Of a stretch of 13,856 nucleotides of DNA, positions 6,594 to 13,856 are shown piece by piece. The stretch is from Candidatus Poribacteria bacterium (GTDB taxonomy: Bacteria > Poribacteria > WGA-4E > UBA9662). The translations under genes were made by a program, and so were the position numbers. How positions within the stretch are numbered: the first letter of the stretch is position 1; each line of letters opens with the position of its first letter. The DNA lies in the NCBI GenBank assembly GCA_046582655.1, contig JAYGDX010000087.1, positions 1-13,856 of the forward strand. The letters are read 5' to 3'. Below the pieces are notes generated by a model that saw only the letters and a program-made list of their open reading frames with translations, made no database searches and was not told the origin of the DNA.

Positions 6594-7670
6594 ATGTATC
6601 AAAACCAACATCGAACAAGCTTCTCTTTTACAATCTCCCTCATACTTCATTTGTGCGTGACGCTTTATGTGCTGATCAGTTTTCCTCTTTGGCACCGTCA
6701 GATACCAATTGCAGAACCAATTACCATGGATGCCATCTCAGTTAATCTTAGGCGCAACCGATTTCACATGACTGCCCCGAAGAAACTGAAGAGACTCACA
6801 TCCTCTTCCGTCAAGCGTCAAATTCCCAAACATAAATCAACAGCGAGTCGCCGGTCACAGCAACAACTATCAGTAAAATCGATTAGCTCCCAAACAAAAA
6901 TAATCACAACAAACGTAGCGCCGATACACACCAAAGCCAATTTAACGTTTTCGACTGATTCAGTTCTGGCCGAGACCGAAAACCAATCGGCAACCCAAAT
7001 AGGCATTAGAGAGAGAGCAGTCATCGAAGCCAAACCCATCGGGGGAAAAACTGTTCAAATTCAACGCGGCATGTCCCAATTGCAGCAAGCGGATTCATCT
7101 GAAGATAAACAACTCAACCCGGACGAAAAAACACCAACGCACCACCAGACAATTGAGACCGCTATCAAAACGATCGCTAGTAGCATTGCAGATGGTACTG
7201 ACAGCTCGCCAATTGACATTGTTTTCCTGCTCGATGCAAGCGGCAGTATGGAAGACAATATCCAAGCTGTCGGCAACCATCTCAAGGATATGGTGAAAAT
7301 TTTCCAAGAACATCAAATCGATTTCACCATGGGTGTTGTGAAATTCAAGTACACGACCTTAATTTTTGAGCAAACCAAAGACTACAATAAGTTTGAACGG
7401 TTACTTCAAAACATGGAGTGTGGCGGATCTGAACGCGCACTGCACGCCATAGTGAAATCATTACAGCGTGTGAATTTCCGTCCAAACGTAAGAAGACGTT
7501 TCATCCTGGTGACCGACGAAGGTTTCGAAGGCGATCGATCCTACAAAATCACCGAGGTAATTGCTTATTCGCAACAAGCTGGAATAACAGTGGATGTGAT
7601 CGGGATTCAAGACAAGTTTCATAAATATTTAGCGCAACAAACAGGTGGGTTGTGGTTTCCAATTCCCTAG
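6594..7670 (+). CDS. Membrane-anchored von Willebrand factor A (VWA) domain protein
   Basis: N-terminal TM helix (FTISLILHLCVTLYVLISF), a long basic S/T/Q-rich linker, then VWA with MIDAS DIVFLLDASGSM, FILVTDE and LAQQTGG. Confidence 0.88.
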   Translation: MYQNQHRTSFSFTISLILHLCVTLYVLISFPLWHRQIPIAEPITMDAISVNLRRNRFHMTAPKKLKRLTSSSVKRQIPKHKSTASRRSQQQLSVKSISSQTKIITTNVAPIHTKANLTFSTDSVLAETENQSATQIGIRERAVIEAKPIGGKTVQIQRGMSQLQQADSSEDKQLNPDEKTPTHHQTIETAIKTIASSIADGTDSSPIDIVFLLDASGSMEDNIQAVGNHLKDMVKIFQEHQIDFTMGVVKFKYTTLIFEQTKDYNKFERLLQNMECGGSERALHAIVKSLQRVNFRPNVRRRFILVTDEGFEGDRSYKITEVIAYSQQAGITVDVIGIQDKFHKYLAQQTGGLWFPIP

Positions 7671-9229
7671 GACAAAGATCACTGATTAATCTTCACTTAG
7701 CATTGTCATCACGCTTACTATGGGTTTTAACGCTTAAATTCCTGCTGCTGCCACATAGCTGGGCAGCAATTCCCGATGAACTTATCGCTTCAATCCAATC
7801 CGAGAATTTACGAAGCCATATCGTTGCCCTTCAGGAAAATATAGATCGAAACACGGGAAAAGTTTATCGAACCCGGAACGCTCTTCACCGGCATGCTTCC
7901 GATAATTCCGCCAATTATATTACCAACCAATTTCGACGTTCCCCACAACTCAAAATCGGATCCGAAGAGTTTAGCGGCATGAGGAACGTGATTGCCAAGC
8001 TACCGTCATGGAATATGGCCGAGCCCAACCGAATTTTCATCTTGTGTGCACACTACGACTCGAAAGCGAATCGAGATCCCAACTGGAACCCACTTATCTC
8101 AAAAGCGCCCGGGGCGAACGACAACGGAACCGGTGTGGCAATAATGCTGGAGATTGCCCGCATCTTAAGCGCATTCAAGTTCAACTGCGAGTTGCGCTTT
8201 ATTGCCTTTGACGGCAAAGAAATGGGGCTCATTGGAAGCCAGCATCACGCCAAAAAAGCAGCAGAATCAGGTGAACATATAGTTGCCACGTTCAACATTG
8301 ACATGATCGGCTTCAACTGGATCAATGATCAGATCGATATAGTGACGAATAACCGTTCATCATGGATGGCGGAATTTACCCGAATTATCAATAATTGGTT
8401 TGATTTTGACCTCGAAATCCATGAATTCCGAGATGACCTGTTCGGTTACAGTGACCACAAACCGTTTTGGGATCAAGGGTATGATGCCGTAACTCTGGTG
8501 GAAAACATTACGCCTTGGCGTGATTCCAGAGGATATGAAGCAAACCCGTTTTACCATACTTCCAAGGATACAGTTGATAAAATCAACCTGAATCTTGTAA
8601 CCAAAGTTGCACGGTTAGCCCTTGCTGTATTGTACAACCTTGCCAGCCGGGATTCCGTTTTTTTGCCGTCCAAACCGTTAATCGCATTTGATCCACTACC
8701 TCCTGTCAATCAAAGTCCATTTAAAATCAAGGGACGCATCTTGTCACCATTCCCATTAAGGATCACCATAGAACCAAGGAACCTGATAGCTGATATTGAT
8801 CGCGCCAATCGAGTTTACAGCGCTCTTGTCTCTTTAAAAAACGGCATCAATCATGTCAAAATAACTGCAACCGACGCAATCCAAACAAACACACTTGAAC
8901 AACAAATTGAATATCAACCAGACTTTGAATGGATAAGCACAATAGTCTACCCCAACCCCTCTTACAAGGATCTCGTCACATTCCGAGCGGAATCGAATCG
9001 ACCAGTTGACAGTATGCAAGTTGCTGTCCACCAAGTTGATGGAACCCTTGTACGGCAAATAAGTGGCGTTGCTGACCGATCGACTCCAAAAATTTGGCGG
9101 GCCTGGTGGAATAGGAAAATAACCTACGGTATCGAGGTTGCTACAGCAGTCTATATCTGTAAATTTGAGGTCGAATCGGACAGCAGAATCCATGCAAGAC
9201 ACCAAAAATTGGTAGTGGTAAAAGAATGA
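7652..9229 (+). CDS. Exported M28-family metallopeptidase-like protein with Ig-like and FlgD/T9SS-type C-terminal domain
   Basis: ILCAHYDS, GANDNGTG, FDGKEMGLIGS (canonical GEExGLxGS), NIDMIG, SDH and YHTSKD. C-terminus YPNP...DGTLVRQI...W.WN...VY...KLVVVK. Signal-peptide-like RLLWVLTLKFLLLPHSWA. Start uncertain (GTG 7652 or in-frame TTG 7703). Stop overlaps the rsmH ATG. Confidence 0.88.
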   Translation: MVSNSLGQRSLINLHLALSSRLLWVLTLKFLLLPHSWAAIPDELIASIQSENLRSHIVALQENIDRNTGKVYRTRNALHRHASDNSANYITNQFRRSPQLKIGSEEFSGMRNVIAKLPSWNMAEPNRIFILCAHYDSKANRDPNWNPLISKAPGANDNGTGVAIMLEIARILSAFKFNCELRFIAFDGKEMGLIGSQHHAKKAAESGEHIVATFNIDMIGFNWINDQIDIVTNNRSSWMAEFTRIINNWFDFDLEIHEFRDDLFGYSDHKPFWDQGYDAVTLVENITPWRDSRGYEANPFYHTSKDTVDKINLNLVTKVARLALAVLYNLASRDSVFLPSKPLIAFDPLPPVNQSPFKIKGRILSPFPLRITIEPRNLIADIDRANRVYSALVSLKNGINHVKITATDAIQTNTLEQQIEYQPDFEWISTIVYPNPSYKDLVTFRAESNRPVDSMQVAVHQVDGTLVRQISGVADRSTPKIWRAWWNRKITYGIEVATAVYICKFEVESDSRIHARHQKLVVVKE

Positions 9230-10188
9230 GCCAAGAATCGCAACACATCCCAGTATTGCTTAATGAGATCATCGATATCCTATCGCCTGACAGTGAAGGG
9301 ATCTATGTCGATGGCACCATCGGGTTAGGAGGACACGCGTCGGCCATCTTGGACGCATCCATCCCAAACGGCCGAGTCATTGGAATCGATCTGGATCCCC
9401 ACGCACTGGAATTGACAAGCAACCGGTTAGGAAACAGAGATAACCGGTTGACACTGGTTCACGACAACTTTCGAGATCTGGACCAGATACTAACCCAAAA
9501 TTCGGTGTCGGCAGTTGACGGGATCCTGCTAGATCTTGGTGTCTCATCAATGCAACTCAACACTCCTGACCGCGGTTTCAGTTTCCTGCATTCCGGACAA
9601 CTGGACATGCGGATGAATCCCAACCAGAGAATTTCCGCCCTCAAGATTGTCAATGAGACTAAAACCGACCAACTGGCAAATATTATTTATGAATTCGGAG
9701 AAGAACGGTGGTCTCGAAGAATTGCTCGTGCAATTGACAAGGCTCGCAGAACAAGTAAAATCATGACAACACAGCAGCTAGCGGAAACTATCTCATCAGC
9801 AGTACCAAGAAAAAAACGATACCAGCGGATTCATCCAGCAACCCGAACCTTTCAAGCCCTGCGGATTGCAGTCAACCAAGAGTTGGAAAGTCTCGATATC
9901 GTACTCAACCACGCGATCGCCGCCTTAAAATCCGGAGGGAAATTGTGCGTTATCAGTTTCCACTCGCTGGAAGATCGAATCGTCAAAAGGCGATTTCAAG
10001 AACTGGCCAAGCCATCCAACGACTTTAGTATCGAGTCAGCGCATCAAAATTTGCTTCCTCCCCCAATCGAGATCGTGACAAAACGCCCAATCACAGCCTC
10101 AGAAGAGGAAATCGCAAAAAACCCCCGTGCTCGTAGCGCGAAATTGCGTGTTTGCATTAAAATCTGTGAATCTAGAATCACGAATTAG
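9226..10188 (+). CDS. rsmH: 16S rRNA m4C1402 methyltransferase RsmH (MraW)
   Basis: HIPVLL, DGTIGLGGH, DLGVSSMQL, RGFSF, LDMRM, HPATRTFQALRIAVNQEL, SFHSLEDRIVK, NPRARSAKLR. Confidence 0.98.
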   Translation: MSQESQHIPVLLNEIIDILSPDSEGIYVDGTIGLGGHASAILDASIPNGRVIGIDLDPHALELTSNRLGNRDNRLTLVHDNFRDLDQILTQNSVSAVDGILLDLGVSSMQLNTPDRGFSFLHSGQLDMRMNPNQRISALKIVNETKTDQLANIIYEFGEERWSRRIARAIDKARRTSKIMTTQQLAETISSAVPRKKRYQRIHPATRTFQALRIAVNQELESLDIVLNHAIAALKSGGKLCVISFHSLEDRIVKRRFQELAKPSNDFSIESAHQNLLPPPIEIVTKRPITASEEEIAKNPRARSAKLRVCIKICESRITN

Positions 10189-10236
10189 ACGTTTATTTAA
10201 CTCAACGCATACTCTAATCACCCTAACAGTTTTCAT

Positions 10237-10530
10237 ATGAAGCCAGTCAAAAAAAACACAGCCAAACTCATAGCTTATACTGGATTAACCATCTTTATCA
10301 TGCTACTAGCTACAAATGTTTGGCTCTCAACAAATCGACGCAAAATTGCGCAGCAAATGCGAACAGAATTAGAAGCGGAAAAGAGCAGATTGATTAACGA
10401 AATCAACAAACTGGAAGCAGAAATAGCAAAACAAAAATCAGTTACAAACGTGCGACAAATAGCCAAAGAACTTAACATGGTCCAATCAGACAAACCAGTT
10501 GAAATTTTGCAGGCAGAAACCAGGCAATGA
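10237..10530 (+). CDS. ftsL: Cell division protein FtsL
   Basis: 97 aa: short basic cytoplasmic N-terminus, one TM helix, coiled coil, and VRQIAKELNM (RIExIAxxxLxM-like). Syntenic between rsmH and ftsI, with an ATGA overlap with ftsI. Confidence 0.8.
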   Translation: MKPVKKNTAKLIAYTGLTIFIMLLATNVWLSTNRRKIAQQMRTELEAEKSRLINEINKLEAEIAKQKSVTNVRQIAKELNMVQSDKPVEILQAETRQ

Positions 10531-12260
10531 CCCCAGAACATTCAAGAGGATTGAAAACCCGTCTATCCTTAATTTCCCTAATGATGCAACTGCTTTTCCT
10601 ATTGCTGATAGGGAGGCTTATCATCGTTCAATTTGTGCTTGGCCCACAATTGCGTGAGCGATCAACTAACCAAACCAAGGTGAGAATAAAATCAAAAACC
10701 AAACGCGGAAAAATCACCGATCGAAACCACAATATTCTGGCTATTAACCGTGATATGCTTGATGTCTACGTAGATCCTAAAGTTATCAAGACAGCACCTG
10801 AAAATTTAGCCAGGCAACTTGCCCCGGTTCTATCTGTACCGGAAGAAAAACTAGTTAAAGCTCTGAAAAGGAAAAATCGACGTTTTGTCAGGCTGAAAAA
10901 AAAATTGGATTACAGCCAAATTAATAACATCATACAGCTCGAAAGAAAATATTACGGTCTAAGCCATGTAATACGCGGCAATCGGATCTACCCCAAAGAC
11001 CAACTGGCATGCCACATCATCGGCTCAACTAATTTCATGAACATAGGAATCGACGGTATTGAACGTTTTTACGACAGCATCCTAGCCCCAAGCATCGATC
11101 CGGAAATTGAGCCGATGATAGATTGGGAGAAATACCTCGCGCAACCCGATAAGGTCTATAAGAATTCACCAAGAAGCAATGACACCATTGTTCTAACCAT
11201 TGACGAGTACATACAAAATATAACTGAATCCACCTTGGAACAAGGATGCAAAAGGTGGAAATGTCCACGCGGCACAGCGATTATAATGCGCTCAAAGACG
11301 GGTGAAATTCTAGCCATGGCTAATTATCCCAACTACAATCCGAATCAATATACAAAAAGTCCCGAAGCATCGAAACGCAACAACGCAATATGGATGGAAT
11401 ATGAACCGGGTTCAATCTTTAAAATTGTGACGGCAATTGCAGTGCTTAACGAAGGTATTCATACACCTGACTCAAAATTTCATTGCGGTAACGGTGAGAT
11501 CATATTGCCAAATGGACATGTTATTCGCGATGTCAAAAACAATACCATGTTAACACTCAGCGAAATTGTACAAAAATCAAGTAATATCGGGATAATGAAA
11601 GTTGCCCGCCATCTACCTCACGTGAAATTCCAAGATTATGTGTCACGTTTCAAATTTGGTCAACGAACAGGAATTGACCTGCCCTACGAAAGAACAGGCT
11701 CTTTGTGGGGACTTCGCGTCTGGGACGAACACTTAGCGGCAACCGTTCCATTTGGACAAGGTATTTCAGTGACTCCGCTTCAGATGCTTTGCGCCATCAA
11801 CACAATTGCCAATGAAGGCCGTTTAATGCGCCCTTATATCATGTTGAAGCGACTGACTCAGGACAACAAAATTACCCTTCAGCTACAACCAAAGATCAGC
11901 GGATGGGTCATGTCACCAGAAACGGCACAAACCATGAAGGAAATCCTGGTCGGCGTCACAGAATCGGGGAGCGGAATTCGAGCTCGCGTCAACGGCTATT
12001 CGGTTGCCGGAAAAACGGGAACATCACAGAAAGCGCTTAAAAGCGTCGGATATATCCGTGGCAAAGTGGTGAACAGCTTTGCCGGTTTCTTGCCTGCTGA
12101 GAATCCGCAGATTTCGATAATTGTCGTGCTTGATGAACCGGCTAATGCGCCTTTGAGTAGCGTATCAGTCGCACCTATGTTCCGAGAAATCGCAGAACAA
12201 ACGATGCGTTATCTAAACCAAACTAAACTTTTTGCACAGGCGAACATCAGAATGAACTAA
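10527..12260 (+). CDS. ftsI: Class B penicillin-binding protein FtsI/PBP3 (septal transpeptidase)
   Basis: TM anchor, RGKITDRN, RIYP, GIERFYD, LTID; catalytic motifs EPGSIFK (SxxK), SSN (SxN) and GKTGT. dcw position; no PASTA domain. Confidence 0.95.
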   Translation: MTPEHSRGLKTRLSLISLMMQLLFLLLIGRLIIVQFVLGPQLRERSTNQTKVRIKSKTKRGKITDRNHNILAINRDMLDVYVDPKVIKTAPENLARQLAPVLSVPEEKLVKALKRKNRRFVRLKKKLDYSQINNIIQLERKYYGLSHVIRGNRIYPKDQLACHIIGSTNFMNIGIDGIERFYDSILAPSIDPEIEPMIDWEKYLAQPDKVYKNSPRSNDTIVLTIDEYIQNITESTLEQGCKRWKCPRGTAIIMRSKTGEILAMANYPNYNPNQYTKSPEASKRNNAIWMEYEPGSIFKIVTAIAVLNEGIHTPDSKFHCGNGEIILPNGHVIRDVKNNTMLTLSEIVQKSSNIGIMKVARHLPHVKFQDYVSRFKFGQRTGIDLPYERTGSLWGLRVWDEHLAATVPFGQGISVTPLQMLCAINTIANEGRLMRPYIMLKRLTQDNKITLQLQPKISGWVMSPETAQTMKEILVGVTESGSGIRARVNGYSVAGKTGTSQKALKSVGYIRGKVVNSFAGFLPAENPQISIIVVLDEPANAPLSSVSVAPMFREIAEQTMRYLNQTKLFAQANIRMN

Positions 12261-12269
12261 AGGCCAAGT

Positions 12270-13742
12270 ATGAGCCTTGAGAAGTTACTGGAAAATGTAG
12301 ATATTGTCGCCGTAACAGGCCAGTCCGAAGCCGTGATTACCGGAATCGCAAGCAAGCATCGCGCCGTCAAGGAGGGTTATGCTTGGATATGTTACAAAGG
12401 CGTGCATGTAGACGGCCACCAGTTCATAAACCGCGCCATTGAAAAAGGTGCCAGAGTCATCATCGGAGACCAGCCGCCGCCACAAGATCTGCCACCCAAC
12501 CTAACCTATGTGCAAACCTCAAACGGCCGAATAGCCCTATCACATATCGCAGCGAATTGGTTCCTGCAACCTGCGAAACAACTGAGATTGATCGGTATTA
12601 CAGGGACGAATGGAAAAACTTCAACTGCATATTTTACAGAATCAATCTTCAAAGCTGCAGGAATTAAGACAGCCTTGCTTGGCACCATTGACTACCACTT
12701 TGGCAAATTCATCTTGCCAGCCAAAACAACCACACCAGATCAAATTAGACTGCATAATCTTTTTGTGCGCATTGCCGATGCCAAAATAAAACACGTCATT
12801 ATGGAAGCATCCTCTCAGGGAATGGCACAGCACAGATTGTCAGGACTTACCTTCCATACTGGTGCTTTTACCAACCTGACACAGGATCATCTGGATTATC
12901 ACCACACCATGGAAAGTTATCTTGAGTCGAAGCTGACGCTGTTCCGGCAGATTGATCCGGAAAGCGGGTGTGCTATCATTAACACGGATCTACCGACGGC
13001 AAACCGTGTTGTTGAAGCAACCAATGCTCCAGTGACCAGTTATGGGATCAAGTCGAAGGCCGATCTTATGGCAGGTGACATATCCTCTGATCTAAACGGC
13101 GTTTCATTTAATGCTATAACCCCGAAAGGCAAAGTATTCATCAAGCTTTCGATGCTCGGCGATTACAACGTCTATAACGCGCTGGCTTCCATTGGTATTG
13201 GACTGCATAACAACTGCTCGTTAAGTCAAATTAAAAAAGGGCTCGAATCAACAGCTGTACCAGGCAGATTCGAATCAGTTAACTGTGGACAAGACTTCGC
13301 AGTGATTGTCGATTATGCGCATACGCCGGATGCACTTAAGAATCTGCTTCAAGCGGCAAACCGAATCAAGCGAAACCGCTCAATCTGTGTTTTCGGCTGT
13401 GGTGGAGACAGGGACCAGTCAAAACGCTCAATGATGGGCGAAATAGCCTCGAAACTGGCAGATTACAGCATCATTACCTCGGACAATCCGCGAACCGAGG
13501 ATCCGGATAAAATCCTAGCCGGCATTACCAGCGGAATCACCGACAAAACACGCTATCATCTTATCCCCGATCGAAGAATTGCTATCCGCCATGCAATTGA
13601 AATTGCCCGGACTGGGGACCTGGTTGTGATCGCTGGAAAAGGACACGAAGATTACCAAATTATCGGCAAAGAAAAACTGCCGTTTGATGATCGTCAAGTG
13701 GCCAGGGAATTCCTAAGAGGGTGTCTAAAAACTCTAAGTTGA
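12270..13742 (+). CDS. murE: UDP-MurNAc-L-Ala-D-Glu:meso-diaminopimelate ligase MurE
   Basis: GITGTNGKTST, TTPD, MEASS, FTNLTQDHLDYH, DYAHTPDAL, FGCGGDRD, DNPR (meso-DAP specificity motif), AGKGHEDYQ. The last 8 codons appear IS-derived. Confidence 0.97.
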   Translation: MSLEKLLENVDIVAVTGQSEAVITGIASKHRAVKEGYAWICYKGVHVDGHQFINRAIEKGARVIIGDQPPPQDLPPNLTYVQTSNGRIALSHIAANWFLQPAKQLRLIGITGTNGKTSTAYFTESIFKAAGIKTALLGTIDYHFGKFILPAKTTTPDQIRLHNLFVRIADAKIKHVIMEASSQGMAQHRLSGLTFHTGAFTNLTQDHLDYHHTMESYLESKLTLFRQIDPESGCAIINTDLPTANRVVEATNAPVTSYGIKSKADLMAGDISSDLNGVSFNAITPKGKVFIKLSMLGDYNVYNALASIGIGLHNNCSLSQIKKGLESTAVPGRFESVNCGQDFAVIVDYAHTPDALKNLLQAANRIKRNRSICVFGCGGDRDQSKRSMMGEIASKLADYSIITSDNPRTEDPDKILAGITSGITDKTRYHLIPDRRIAIRHAIEIARTGDLVVIAGKGHEDYQIIGKEKLPFDDRQVAREFLRGCLKTLS

Positions 13743-13856
13743 GTTCATTGCAAGTGGCCTAAGCATGAGTTGTATCATGGCAATATAAATCATATTTTCA
13801 CTTGAGCTAACCAAATATTCATAGTCTTTACTCCATCGACGATACCCATAAAGCCA
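13717..13856 (-). mobile_element. End of an IS5-family (IS1031-group-like) insertion sequence, truncated by the window edge
   Basis: Putative terminal inverted repeat GAGGGTGTCTAAAAA (13717-13731), preceded by TAA (13714-13716, TNA-type target) and adjacent to a transposase C-terminus on the minus strand. Confidence 0.8.
13734..13856 (-). CDS. IS5-family transposase, C-terminal 40 aa (partial, possibly degenerate)
   Basis: Manual translation WLYGYRRWSKDYEYLVSSSENMIYIAMIQLMLRPLAMNST* matches the IS5/IS1031 transposase C-terminal consensus WLxxYRRLSKDYExLxxxSExMIYxAMIxLMLRRLA. Below the ORF-track length cutoff. Confidence 0.88.
   Translation of the reverse strand, partial: WLYGYRRWSKDYEYLVSSSENMIYIAMIQLMLRPLAMNST

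Noticed and set aside
558..13697. Numerous short antisense or alternate-frame ORFs in the track (e.g. 4257..4685, 4496..4981, 8834..9205)
   Set aside because: They are shadows of well-supported genes and have no motifs of their own.

Overview
Bacterial chromosomal window with two compositionally different halves. The left half (higher GC) is catabolic. A minus-strand operon encodes a Cys-type sulfatase and two tandem, translationally coupled PhyH-family Fe(II)/2-oxoglutarate oxygenase paralogues. Both paralogues carry H-x-G instead of the H-x-D/E iron triad, the signature of Fe/2OG halogenases. Back-to-back sigma70 promoters drive this operon and, divergently, an exported/membrane hypothetical protein and a Gfo/Idh/MocA oxidoreductase. 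A highly structured 335-bp intergenic region follows. The right half (lower GC) is a tight plus-strand run: hypothetical, membrane-anchored VWA protein, M28 peptidase-like protein (catalytic Glu replaced by Lys, T9SS/FlgD-like C-terminal domain), then rsmH-ftsL-ftsI-murE, with no mraZ. At the right edge, and missing from the ORF track, an IS5-family (IS1031-like) element is inserted into the last codons of murE. It supplies MurE's last 8 residues and stop codon and interrupts the dcw cluster. The gene content resembles Poribacteria-like marine bacteria (inference only).
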